Positions 7,833 to 17,376 of a stretch of 64,000 nt of DNA are shown here, piece after piece (position 1 is the stretch's first letter; each line of letters begins with the position of its first letter). The notes below the pieces were generated by a model. That model did no database searches and was not told the DNA's origin. It saw only the letters and a program-made list of their open reading frames with translations. The position numbers and the translations under genes were made by a program. The stretch covers positions 1,594,844-1,658,843 of the forward strand of contig OZ220686.1 of NCBI GenBank assembly GCA_965116435.1. The letters are read 5' to 3'. Source of the DNA: Rhodothermales bacterium (GTDB taxonomy: Bacteria; Bacteroidota; Rhodothermia; Rhodothermales; VXPQ01).

Positions 7833-10271
7833 TCACCATGCCAAACGAACCCGGAGATTAAACGTGCGCGGCGTCAGGCGGGTGGGAATGCGCTCCCATA
7901 TTCCGTCGCGGTTCGGCGTCCAGGCATAGGCTACCGTGTTCGTCATATTGAACGCATTGAGCAGCTCCGCGGTCAATTCCAGACGCAAACCCGCCCCGAC
8001 GTCCACGATCTTCGTAGCCCCCAGATCGACGCGCCGGTACGCAGGATACCGGGCCGAATTTCGTGCGCCGGGCGCCTGAATGACGAAGCGCCCGACTTGC
8101 CGGTCGGGCACCGGCGGCGTGTAGGGAAATCCGCTCCCGAACAGCCCGCGCACATGCACTTTCCAGGTGGAATCTCCCGGCACATAGTCCTGCACGAACA
8201 GCGACACCGTGTGCCGCTGATCCGACGGACGCGCAATGCTTCCGGTGCGATATTCCGTCCGGTATTCCGGCAAAAACGTCTCGACGGCGTGCAGATACCC
8301 GTAATTCAGGCGACTTTCGAGGCCGGGCACGAGTTCGCCGTACAGATGCACGTCCAGCCCAAGCGCCCGCCCCTCCGTATCGTTCCGGCCGGAATACAGC
8401 AGGCGAACGTTCCGCACGTCGTACGATATGAGCCGATCCATATCCCGGTAAAACGCGGCGGCGCGTACGTACAGCCGCCGGGCGGGCAAAAAATATTCGC
8501 CGCCCACAACATATTGCACGGCCCGCTGAGACCGGATATCGCGGTTCAGCGCATCGGGTATCGTTTCGCCCGGCGCAGGCGTACCCCGAAATTCGCGGTA
8601 GGTCGGCGTCTGGCGATAGTGGCCCCACGAACCGGTGGCCGTCAAGCGTTCGCTCACCGCGTACCGGGCCGAAATTCTCGGGGAAACGGTCCAGGCGCCG
8701 TTGAACGAAAAACGGTCCGCCCGCATCCCGGCGGTAAGGGTTAGCCCGCCTCGCTGCATGGTATTCTGCGCGTACGCGCCGGTTTGCCACGCCGAAAGCG
8801 AGGATTCGTCGGACAGGCGGTTCACCTCGATGCGGACGGCGTCCCCGTTCGTGTCCCTGCCAAACAGGTTGGCGTACTCGTCGATCCGGTCGGAAAAAGA
8901 CCAGGCCCGAACGCGCCAGCCCGCCTCCGCTGCGTGCCGCCCCGCCTGCCATCTGTACCGGCCCTGCCCGGTCCATGCAGCGCTTTCTATGGCGTTGTCG
9001 GCGAATTCCTCTTCGCGCACGTTCCCTATGGGCGCATGGCCCGCGCCGGTTTCAGGATCGCCGCCGGGATCGACGCGAAACACGACCGACGTCCCCTCGA
9101 TATCGAAGCGTTCCGTCTCGGACGTGCCGAACCAGGCTATATCGTGTTCTGCGTGGACCGACGGAGAAATCCGGTTCAGCAAACGGACGCCAGCGAACCG
9201 CGTCCGGTATCCGTCGTGTTCCGCGCCCTCGTACCGGGTCCAGAACGAACGCAAGTCCGACGGTACGTCGGGATGGAGGCTCAAGACGCCGAACCAGGTC
9301 TTGCGGCTCTCCGGGCTGAAGCGGAACACATGGTTGGCGTACATGCCCAGTACTTCGATTTCGTGTCCCGCCCGGAAGCGCCAGGTCGCCAGCCCCTGTA
9401 CGTCCGTGTAGTCGGGGCGATAATCCCCCTTCAGTTCCTGCGTACCAAAGAAATGCCGGGCGCGCGCCTTCCGAAACCCGGCGTTCCATCCAAACCGCCC
9501 GTCCGCCGCCGCCCCCCGGTACGCCACGCTGGCGTCCAGCAACGAGGCCGAGGCAGACCCGCCCATGGATTCGACATACGGACGGCGATAGCGCGTGTCC
9601 AACACAGAGGACAATTTGCCGCCGTACTTCGCCGGAAATCCCCCCGTGTACAGCACGATCCGATCGGCCAGGTCCGGGTTCAGCAAGCCGAGTCCTTCCT
9701 GCTCTCCTTGCCTCGGGCGCAACGGCATGTGCACCTCGAAACCGTTGATCAGGATAAGATTCTCGTGAAATCCGCCCCCATGCACCGAATACTGGTTGGA
9801 GAGTTCGTTGTTGGTCGCGACGCCCGGCAATACGCTCAACGCCTGGAACCCCTTGAACGGCGAAGGCACGTTGCGCACAGCCTCCGAGTCCAGTTCGTAC
9901 ACCCCGGGGTTCGTAAAAAACACATTCCCTTCCACCACAATATCCTGCATCTCGACCGTAGACGCCCGCAGGCGAACGTCCAGAACCACCCGTTCGCCGG
10001 AACGGATCTGCACGCGCCGCCATGTCGTCTCGTACCCCACCGCCGAGAACCGCAACACATGGGTCCCCGACGGGAGCCGAAGCACATAGGTCCCGTCCTC
10101 CTTGCTGGCGGTGCCGAAGTTGGTGTCGCGCACCAGAATGCTGACGTCGGGAACGGGCGTATCCTCCGCAGCCGTCAGGATGCGCCCGGACGCCGCCCCC
10201 CATTCCTGGGCCAGGGCGCCGAAAGGCCACAAGGCGGCGACGACAGCCAAAAAGGCGAATGCAGTGCGCAC
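7833..10271 (-). CDS. TonB-dependent outer-membrane receptor with N-terminal CarboxypepD_reg-like domain
   Basis: Signal peptide, then ...ILVRDTNFGTASKEDGTYVLRLPSGTHVLRFSAVGYE (carboxypeptidase-regulatory-like fold). Plug/barrel-like sequence with an aromatic C-terminal residue. Confidence 0.82.
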   Translation of the reverse strand: MRTAFAFLAVVAALWPFGALAQEWGAASGRILTAAEDTPVPDVSILVRDTNFGTASKEDGTYVLRLPSGTHVLRFSAVGYETTWRRVQIRSGERVVLDVRLRASTVEMQDIVVEGNVFFTNPGVYELDSEAVRNVPSPFKGFQALSVLPGVATNNELSNQYSVHGGGFHENLILINGFEVHMPLRPRQGEQEGLGLLNPDLADRIVLYTGGFPAKYGGKLSSVLDTRYRRPYVESMGGSASASLLDASVAYRGAAADGRFGWNAGFRKARARHFFGTQELKGDYRPDYTDVQGLATWRFRAGHEIEVLGMYANHVFRFSPESRKTWFGVLSLHPDVPSDLRSFWTRYEGAEHDGYRTRFAGVRLLNRISPSVHAEHDIAWFGTSETERFDIEGTSVVFRVDPGGDPETGAGHAPIGNVREEEFADNAIESAAWTGQGRYRWQAGRHAAEAGWRVRAWSFSDRIDEYANLFGRDTNGDAVRIEVNRLSDESSLSAWQTGAYAQNTMQRGGLTLTAGMRADRFSFNGAWTVSPRISARYAVSERLTATGSWGHYRQTPTYREFRGTPAPGETIPDALNRDIRSQRAVQYVVGGEYFLPARRLYVRAAAFYRDMDRLISYDVRNVRLLYSGRNDTEGRALGLDVHLYGELVPGLESRLNYGYLHAVETFLPEYRTEYRTGSIARPSDQRHTVSLFVQDYVPGDSTWKVHVRGLFGSGFPYTPPVPDRQVGRFVIQAPGARNSARYPAYRRVDLGATKIVDVGAGLRLELTAELLNAFNMTNTVAYAWTPNRDGIWERIPTRLTPRTFNLRVRLAW

Positions 10272-10386
10272 GAGGCGTTACGCTTCGATGTGAGGGCAGG
10301 GCCGGATTATCGTAGCCGTTCGGTCAATGGGCAGATAGGGTATGCTTCATTATCTGTGCATGATTTCTGTGCATGCGCGTCTGAAC

Positions 10387-11862
10387 TCAGTAGGCCCGGG
10401 CGAACACGACGCGGCGGTTCGAGGGCTTGCCGGTCAGCATATCCCGGCCTGCTTCGCCCGCTCCATCCATGGGAATACAGCGGATGGTCGCTTTCGTTTC
10501 CTGTTTGATGCGCGCCTCCGTGTTCGGATCGCCGTCCCAGTGCGCCAGCACGAACCCGCCGTGCCGGTCCAGCGTGTCTTTGAATGTTTCGTAGTCGTCC
10601 ACGCGCCGGGTCGCGGCTTCGCGCATGGCCAGCGCCCGGTCGAACAGGCGCTGCTGCATCGCTTCGAGCGTGGCCTGGACCCGATCAGGAAGGCCCTCCT
10701 GCGAAACGATGTCCTTGCCGGGCTCATCCCGCCGCGCCATTTCCACCTGGCCGTTCCGAACGTCCCGGGGACCGATCGCGAGGCGAATCGGCACGCCTTG
10801 CACTTCGTATTCGTTGAATTTCCAGCCGGGACGATGCGACGTGCGCGCATCCAGCTTGACGCGAACGCCCGCCGCGCGCAGCGCCGCACGCATGCGTTCG
10901 GCCGCTTCAAGCACCAGCGTCCGTTCGGCGTCTTTCCGGAAAATAGGCACGATGACGACCTGCACCGGGGCCAGGCGCGGCGGCAGAACCAGGCCCTGGT
11001 CGTCCGAATGCGTCATAATGAGCGCGCCGATCAGGCGAGTCGAAACGCCCCAGGACGTCGCCCACACATATTCGAGCCGGTTTTCCCGGTTCTGGAACTG
11101 GCAATCGAACGCCTTGGCGAAGTTCTGGCCCAGAAAATGACTGGTGCCGGCCTGCAAGGCCTTGCCGTCCTGCATCATGGCCTCGATGCAATACGTGTCC
11201 ACCGCGCCCGCGAACCGCTCGCTGGCCGTTTTGACGCCCCGAAGCACCGGCATGGCCATCCATTCCTCGGCGAACGTAGCGTACACGTCCAGCATGCGGC
11301 GGGCTTCCTCAACGGCTTCCTCTTTCGTTTCGTGGGCCGTGTGGCCCTCCTGCCAGAGGAATTCCATCGTGCGCAAGAACAGCCGGGTGCGCATTTCCCA
11401 GCGCACGACGTTCGCCCATTGATTGACGAGAATGGGCAGGTCGCGCCAGGATTGAATCCAGCTCCGGTAGGCGTCCCAGATGATCGTTTCGCTGGTGGGG
11501 CGCACCACAAGATTCTCTTCCAGTTTCGACGCAGGGTCGGGCACAAGCCCCTCACCGGAGGGATTTTCCGTAAGGCGCGAGTGGGTAACCACGGCGCACT
11601 CCTTGGCGAACCCTTCTACGTGTTCGGCTTCCCGCGCCAGGAAGGACTGGGGAATGAACAGGGGAAAATAGGCGTTCTCGTGCCCGGTTTCCCGAAACAT
11701 GTCGTCGAGCGCCCGGCGCATATTCTCCCAAAGCGCACAGCCGTTCGGGCGAATCACCATGCAGCCGCGCACCGCCGAATAATCGGCCAGTTTCGCATGC
11801 TGCACAATGTCGAGATACCATTGGGCGTAATCTTCCTGCCGGCTTGTAATTGCATCGGCCAT
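10387..11862 (-). CDS. proS: Proline--tRNA ligase (archaeal/eukaryote-like type)
   Basis: N-terminus ...[35 protein letters not shown] and overall length (491 aa) are typical of this ProRS type. Confidence 0.93.
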   Translation of the reverse strand: MADAITSRQEDYAQWYLDIVQHAKLADYSAVRGCMVIRPNGCALWENMRRALDDMFRETGHENAYFPLFIPQSFLAREAEHVEGFAKECAVVTHSRLTENPSGEGLVPDPASKLEENLVVRPTSETIIWDAYRSWIQSWRDLPILVNQWANVVRWEMRTRLFLRTMEFLWQEGHTAHETKEEAVEEARRMLDVYATFAEEWMAMPVLRGVKTASERFAGAVDTYCIEAMMQDGKALQAGTSHFLGQNFAKAFDCQFQNRENRLEYVWATSWGVSTRLIGALIMTHSDDQGLVLPPRLAPVQVVIVPIFRKDAERTLVLEAAERMRAALRAAGVRVKLDARTSHRPGWKFNEYEVQGVPIRLAIGPRDVRNGQVEMARRDEPGKDIVSQEGLPDRVQATLEAMQQRLFDRALAMREAATRRVDDYETFKDTLDRHGGFVLAHWDGDPNTEARIKQETKATIRCIPMDGAGEAGRDMLTGKPSNRRVVFARAY

Positions 11863-12201
11863 AATTATTGCAACGTAGGTGGATGTGTATTGCAGGTGAT
11901 GTGATACGCTGTCGCGGAGAAACTGGACGAAAAATCGCGGGCGTCCGGGGGTGTTCCGACGCCGATTCGCCCGGCGTACAGGAGAAACAGTCCCGAATGT
12001 TGCGGAATTTGCGGAAATGGCCCGATGTTTGCGTTATTCCGGATCAAGACCGCTGGAACCGAACGAACGTCGTTCTTTCTTCAGGGAAAGCAATAAGTTC
12101 CGCCGTTTGTTCGCAATCATGCGGCACCTTATGCATCCTTGCCCGTACAAATCTTAAACGGAAGCACCGCCTGCCAAGTTTTCACCAAACCGGTTGCCGC
12201 C

Positions 12202-13602
12202 ATGAAACGATCAACACTACCCAAGCGAGAGACCTCTCGCCCCGCATTACGCGCGGCGCCTTTCACCGCAGGACTGCTTGTCGTGCTGCTGGCCGGTTGT
12301 TACACGCAATTGAGCACGGTTCAATACGAACAGTACCCCGATTACGTGGAGGTGGTGCAAAGCGCCGAGGACACCGTCGTCACGGAACACTACTACAGCG
12401 ACCGGTACGTCTACAGCGGGCCCTACGGCTATCGGCGGTATTTCGACCGGTTCGATTACGGCTGGAGTCCGTACTCGTCCAGTGCGTTCTTCGGGCCGTC
12501 CTGGGCCGATCCCTTGTGGTACGACCCCTGGAGCTACGGATATGGATACAGCGGCGTTCGCGTGGGCTTGTCCTTCGGATCGCATTGGGGATGGGGCGGA
12601 AATTCCTACTACGCCCCCTGGCGTTACGATCCGTACTACCACAGCCCCTGGCATTACGATCCGTATCGCCCCTATAGTCCCTACGGCTATTACCCGGGCT
12701 ACGCGCATACCTGGAACCCCTATTACGGCGGATGGCGGTATGACTATCCGGGAACGATTCGCCCCAGAGATGGCGAATGGAGAGATGGAGAATGGGGTCG
12801 TCGCGGGGCGACCATGGGACGGGGCGGCGGAACCCACGGATACGCCGGGGACGTCGGGAACGCCCCGGTCCGCGAAGTGGGCAGGGCGGGAAGCGCTTCC
12901 GCCGGAAAGACGCGCGGCGGTTCGGCCGTGTCTGGCGGGCGCTCGACGCGAACCGGATCGGGCGTAACGCCCACCCGGTCCCGCGATACGCGGCGCACCA
13001 CTGCGACAACCAGCGGATCAAGCGGACGCACCGTGCGCTCGGCGCCCGGATCCCGGTCTTCGTCGGCGACCGGCAGCCGGAGTACCGCACGCACGTCCGG
13101 CTCCTCAAGCAGCGGCGATAGCGGGTCCAGCGGACGAACCGTACGGCGCACGCCCTCTTCAAGCAGCGGCAGCAGCGGGTCCAGCGGGCGCACCGTACGA
13201 CGCACGCCCCCCTCGAGCAGCGGCAGTAGTGGGTCCAGCGGACGAACCGTACGACGCACGCCCTCCTCGAGCAGCGGCAGCAGCGGGTCCAGCGGGCGCA
13301 CCGTACAGCGCACGCCCTCCTCGCGGTCTTCGTCGTCCAGCGGCAGTCGGGTCCGCTCGTCCGGCTCCTCGCGGAGCAGCGGCAGCAGTTCCAGCGGAAG
13401 CACCGTACGGCGTACGCCCTCTTCAAAGAGCAGCGGCTCCAGTGGACGCACCGTACGCTCGGCGCCGTCCTCGCGGAGAAGCAGCGGATCGAGCGGAGGC
13501 GCCGTACGTTCCTCCCCGCCGCCGAGGTCTTCGTCGGGCAGCAGCGGACGGTCTTCTTCGAGAGGCTCCTCCTCATCGTCAGGCCGTTCCCGCGGACGAT
13601 AA
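12202..13602 (+). CDS. Low-complexity lipoprotein: Tyr/Trp/Pro/Gly-rich N-half and Ser/Gly/Arg/Thr-rich repeat C-half
   Basis: MKRSTLPK...LLVVLLAGC lipobox. Codon-periodic tandem repeats. Long antisense ORFs here are by-products of the repeats. Start chosen at the ATG preceding the signal peptide. Confidence 0.6.
   Translation: MKRSTLPKRETSRPALRAAPFTAGLLVVLLAGCYTQLSTVQYEQYPDYVEVVQSAEDTVVTEHYYSDRYVYSGPYGYRRYFDRFDYGWSPYSSSAFFGPSWADPLWYDPWSYGYGYSGVRVGLSFGSHWGWGGNSYYAPWRYDPYYHSPWHYDPYRPYSPYGYYPGYAHTWNPYYGGWRYDYPGTIRPRDGEWRDGEWGRRGATMGRGGGTHGYAGDVGNAPVREVGRAGSASAGKTRGGSAVSGGRSTRTGSGVTPTRSRDTRRTTATTSGSSGRTVRSAPGSRSSSATGSRSTARTSGSSSSGDSGSSGRTVRRTPSSSSGSSGSSGRTVRRTPPSSSGSSGSSGRTVRRTPSSSSGSSGSSGRTVQRTPSSRSSSSSGSRVRSSGSSRSSGSSSSGSTVRRTPSSKSSGSSGRTVRSAPSSRRSSGSSGGAVRSSPPPRSSSGSSGRSSSRGSSSSSGRSRGR
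13108..13323 (+). repeat. Four near-perfect 54-bp (18-aa) in-frame tandem repeats, with degenerate copies on both sides (~13000-13500)
   Basis: Unit agcagcggcNNNagYgggtccagcggRcgMaccgtacgRcgcacgcccYcYtcR encodes SSG(D/S)SGSSGRTVRRTPSS. Confidence 0.85.
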
Positions 13603-13767
13603 ACGGTACGACGAACCGGCATAGCCGCGGCGTGGCAACCTTCCCCGGAAGTATCGTCAGGATCGTGCTTTTCAAGCGATCCCAAGCCCTTCCTGTACCC
13701 TTGCGAACCGTACCCCATGCCCACAACCGTGTCAGGATACTCTGAACAAAACCAGACAGGCACTCCC

Positions 13768-15318
13768 ATGAAAAGGCGCTTTCTTTCCATACTGACCCTT
13801 GTCCTGTTCGCGGCGTCTCCCGCCTATGCGCAGACCCTCGACAACACCTACGTCTTCACCTCGAGATCCCCGGCGACCGGCCCGCGCATGATGGGCATGG
13901 CGGGTGCCGGTATCGCAGGCATAGCGGACTACGGGGCGCTGCGTACGAATCCCGCCGGGCTGGGCTATTTCAAGAACTCGGAGGTCAGCGGCGCCCTGCA
14001 CGCGTTCTCATCCACAGACGCCTCCAAATACCGGACCGGCATTCGCACGGTTGCCGAGGGGGAAACCGATGTGCGCGCCACGCGCCTCGGCAACCTGGCC
14101 TGGATACAGAAATTCCCGACGTCGCAAGGGTCGTTCGTGCTGGGCGGGGCGTTCAACGAACTCGGCACGTTCGACCGCAACCTGACGTTCGCGGGAACGA
14201 ACGCATCCAGTTCCATCAGTACGTCGTGGCTGCCCTACGGCGACGAGTTTACGATTGACAAGGACGAAAATGGCTATTTCCCGGTGTTCTCCAACGACCT
14301 GCCCAAACTGGCCTACGAAGGCGGAGCCATCGAATTTCTGGAGGAAAACGTGCTCCTGGACAGCGACCTGTTCTATGAGGCCGTTGCGCCGGGCACGCGC
14401 ATCGAACAAATGGGGGATGTGCTCGAAAAGGGACGTATGAGCGAATTGAGCCTTGGCGGCGCCTGGGAGGCAAGCCGGAATGTGATGGTCGGTTTGTCGG
14501 CCAACTTCGCATTCGGTTCGTACCGCATCGACAACGTATACGAGGAAGCGGACGCCTACGGCGAAAACGGACCGGAGGAGTACGAGGTGATTCTGGACAG
14601 CGGTTCCCTGTTCGGGTTTCAGAGCCTGCTCTACGAGGAAGGGTTCGATTCGGACCTGAGCGGATTCAATCTGCGGGGCGGCGTCTCCACGACGTTCTCA
14701 AGCGGATTGCGCGCAGGCCTCTCGATAGAAAGCCCTACGTTCTACGAAATAAGCGAAACCCATTACCGGGAGATTGCAACCCGGTTCGACGAGGGCGGCT
14801 TGCTGAAGGCCGACATCAGTTACCAATACGAATACGAGTTGCGCACCCCCTGGCGCATGGGGGTCGGCGTATCCTGGGAACCCGGCAACCTGCTTCTGGC
14901 CGCGGATATGGAATATGTGGACTGGTCCCAGATGGAGTTCGACGGACATGAGGCGGACAGCGACTTGTACAGGAACCTGAACCGGGAAATACGGGACACC
15001 ATGGACCCGGTCTGGAATATGCGGATCGGCGCATCGTATGCATTCGAAAACGTTACCTTTCGAGGCGGCATAGCCAACTATCCCGATCCGTTCGACCTGG
15101 AGGTCTCGCAGGGCAGCGGCAAAGCCGACCGCGACCGAGGCTTCCTGTCCTTCGGCGTGTCGTACCGCTTCTCGGACACGTTTCATGTCGATGCGGGATG
15201 GACAGGCGTGGAATACCAGGACCAGTACACTCCGTACCGTCACGTGGACGATCCGCCGCTCGCCGAGGAAACCGTAACGCAGCAACGCTTCCTGCTGGGC
15301 ATACGGGTAGGATTCTAA
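13768..15318 (+). CDS. Outer-membrane beta-barrel protein, FadL/OmpP1/TodX-like transport family
   Basis: Signal peptide MKRRFLSILTLVLFAASPAYA. N-terminal MGMAGAGIAGIADYGALRTNPAGLG motif. C-terminal ...LLGIRVGF with terminal Phe. Confidence 0.65.
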   Translation: MKRRFLSILTLVLFAASPAYAQTLDNTYVFTSRSPATGPRMMGMAGAGIAGIADYGALRTNPAGLGYFKNSEVSGALHAFSSTDASKYRTGIRTVAEGETDVRATRLGNLAWIQKFPTSQGSFVLGGAFNELGTFDRNLTFAGTNASSSISTSWLPYGDEFTIDKDENGYFPVFSNDLPKLAYEGGAIEFLEENVLLDSDLFYEAVAPGTRIEQMGDVLEKGRMSELSLGGAWEASRNVMVGLSANFAFGSYRIDNVYEEADAYGENGPEEYEVILDSGSLFGFQSLLYEEGFDSDLSGFNLRGGVSTTFSSGLRAGLSIESPTFYEISETHYREIATRFDEGGLLKADISYQYEYELRTPWRMGVGVSWEPGNLLLAADMEYVDWSQMEFDGHEADSDLYRNLNREIRDTMDPVWNMRIGASYAFENVTFRGGIANYPDPFDLEVSQGSGKADRDRGFLSFGVSYRFSDTFHVDAGWTGVEYQDQYTPYRHVDDPPLAEETVTQQRFLLGIRVGF

Positions 15319-15347
15319 GGAAACCGCCCAAGCCCAAGGAAGAATTG

Positions 15348-15407
15348 CCGGGGTTTCGGAAGCCGGTTTTGGGTACATTAGGTATGCGAACTCTTCCGAA
15401 ACCCCGG
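15348..15407. other. 15-bp perfect inverted repeat (ccggggtttcggaag / cttccgaaaccccgg) with a 30-nt loop at the left edge of the lower-GC segment
   Basis: Arms at 15348-15362 and 15393-15407. Sits between the FadL-like stop (15318) and the ATPase start (15420). No T-tract follows. Confidence 0.6.
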
Positions 15408-15419
15408 CGACCCGCTCCG

Positions 15420-16688
15420 ATGATTCGTCGCATCCAGGCCCTGAATTACCGTTGCCTGCGCCATGTGGATGTGGCGCTGGATTCGTTCCATGTGCTGGTG
15501 GGCCCCAACGCCAGCGGGAAGAGCACGTTGTTCGATGTGGTCGCCTTCCTGGGCGACATGGTGCGAGAGGGCCTTGAGGCCGCCGTAGAAAAACGCACCC
15601 GGAATTTTCAGGACCTTGTCTGGGACAGGCCCCGGGAAGGCCTTGGTTTCGAGCTGGCGGTAGAGTTCGACATTTCGGACGCCATCAAAAAAAGATTGCC
15701 CTCGGATAAGAACTTTGAAGTATTTCGTTACGAGGTAGCCATCAAGGAAGGAGAAAGCGGGACGGCTATAATCAACTCGGAAAGAGGACTGCTTATGCCT
15801 CGCCATAACTGGCAAGAGAGGCAATTATCCATATTCCCTTCCCCGTTGGATCCGATTAATACCATCATGCTGGGCGGCGGGCGCCCAGGCGTACGAACCA
15901 TACTCAGTAAGTCGCCCGCGGGATCTGACAGTTTCCACAGCGAGGTCTCGTCGGCAGCGGGAAGCGGCTGGACAACCAGCATCTCCTTTGGCCCATATCG
16001 GTCGGCGCTTGGCAACTTTCCCGAGTCCACCGATGTGTTTCCCGTTGCCACCGGCGTCAAGCGGATGCTGGAAACACAGGTAAAACTTCTGGCTCTGGAC
16101 AGCGGCAAGATGCGCGCGGCCAGCCCTCCCGCGTTGCGGCGCAACGGTTTCTTCAGCGACGGCGCGAATCTCCCCTGGACGATCAAGAATTTGAAAGAGC
16201 ATGACCGGAAAAATTACGCGGAGTGGCTGGAGCACGTTCGGACTACCTTGAAAGACATCAAGGACATTGACGTCAAGGAGCGGAAAGATGACCGACATGC
16301 CTACCTTGTAGTCGAGTACGATACAGGCATTCACGTGCCGTCGTGGGGCGTTTCCGACGGAACGCTACGGTTTCTGGCGCTCACGCTCATTCCGTATCTG
16401 TCCGAAGAAGGGTATCTCTATTTGCTGGAAGAGCCCGAAAACGGCATTCACCCACTCGCAATCGAAGCCGTGTACGATTCGCTGGCGTCGGCGTACGACT
16501 CGCAGGTGCTGGCGGCGACCCATTCCTCCGCTTTCTTGCGAAAGGCTCGACTGGAGGAAGCGCTCTGTTTCGCCAAAGACAAAAACGGGGCGACGGACAT
16601 CGTGTGCGGCGCGGATCATCCGCGCTTACGGGATTGGCAAAAAGCCGTAGATATGAACCTGTTGTTCGCTGAGGGAATTATCGGATGA
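15420..16688 (+). CDS. ABC/SMC-like AAA ATPase (AAA_21/AAA_15-type, OLD/AriA/AbiL-like N-terminal ATPase architecture)
   Basis: Walker A GPNASGKST near the N-terminus. Signature-like SDGTLRFLAL. Walker B/D-loop YLYLLEEPENGIHP. The start at 15420 places Walker A about 30 aa in; 15384 and 15198 are upstream alternatives. Confidence 0.8.
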   Translation: MIRRIQALNYRCLRHVDVALDSFHVLVGPNASGKSTLFDVVAFLGDMVREGLEAAVEKRTRNFQDLVWDRPREGLGFELAVEFDISDAIKKRLPSDKNFEVFRYEVAIKEGESGTAIINSERGLLMPRHNWQERQLSIFPSPLDPINTIMLGGGRPGVRTILSKSPAGSDSFHSEVSSAAGSGWTTSISFGPYRSALGNFPESTDVFPVATGVKRMLETQVKLLALDSGKMRAASPPALRRNGFFSDGANLPWTIKNLKEHDRKNYAEWLEHVRTTLKDIKDIDVKERKDDRHAYLVVEYDTGIHVPSWGVSDGTLRFLALTLIPYLSEEGYLYLLEEPENGIHPLAIEAVYDSLASAYDSQVLAATHSSAFLRKARLEEALCFAKDKNGATDIVCGADHPRLRDWQKAVDMNLLFAEGIIG

Positions 16689-17347
16689 ATGAGTACGCGA
16701 AAGATATCTTCGCTCTGGTTGCAGACAGAGATATGGAACAGGCTTTCACGAGTTTATTGGCGCAACATGAAAAATTGCGTATTCGACGGATACGTTACGA
16801 TATTGAGGTGCATCCAAACCACGATGCAGGATGTCGAGCAGATGCCGTCGAGATGTTACGGCCCTGCATTAACCGCTACAGGTATGCCTTGGTGGTTTTT
16901 GACCACCAGGGTTGCGGCAGCAAGGATTCAAGAGAGCATGTGCAGCAAGAGGTTCAGAAAATCCTTGCGCGGAACGGTTGGGAAAACCGTTGCAAGGCCA
17001 TCGTGATTGCGCCGGAATTGGAAAACTGGGTATGGGCGCCCTCGGGAAAGATATCCGAAATCCTAGGTTGGGGAAATGACTTCGACGCCCTCAAGACGTG
17101 GCTGTGCAAACACCGTTTATGGAGCCGTGATCAGCCGAAACCTATCGACCCGAAGCGTGCAATGCAAAAAGCCTTGAAGCACAAAAGGGTAAGGCGCTCT
17201 TCCAGGCTATTCGGGCAGATTGCCCATGTTGCGCCGCTGAAAGCGGAATCTTGTGTGGATCCCGCTTTCGCCGAACTCAGGGAAACGTTGCAACGATGGT
17301 TTCCCCCGGAAAACCACACCGGTAACGGACTGCGTGGCGTATCTTAA
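16685..17347 (+). CDS. Small partner protein, DUF4276/Toprim-like (tentative)
   Basis: ATGA overlap with the ATPase gene (16685-16688). Acidic beta-strand-end motifs [16 protein letters not shown] and [10 protein letters not shown] recall what I remember of DUF4276/Toprim-like partners of AAA_21 ATPases. Not verifiable here. Confidence 0.5.
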   Translation: MNEYAKDIFALVADRDMEQAFTSLLAQHEKLRIRRIRYDIEVHPNHDAGCRADAVEMLRPCINRYRYALVVFDHQGCGSKDSREHVQQEVQKILARNGWENRCKAIVIAPELENWVWAPSGKISEILGWGNDFDALKTWLCKHRLWSRDQPKPIDPKRAMQKALKHKRVRRSSRLFGQIAHVAPLKAESCVDPAFAELRETLQRWFPPENHTGNGLRGVS

Positions 17348-17376
17348 ACAGAACCCGCAGGACTCATACGAAACCC

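Noticed and set aside
13000-13500. Possible CRISPR-like or non-coding tandem array
   Set aside because: The repeats are contiguous without spacers, have a 54-bp (3n) period, and lie in frame within a signal-peptide-bearing ORF. They are coding low-complexity repeats.
15198-15419. Longer start for the ATPase (track ORF from 15198)
   Set aside because: The extension overlaps the 3' end of the FadL-like gene and the 15-bp inverted repeat and is Arg/Pro-rich. Walker A positioning favours 15420, though 15384 remains possible.
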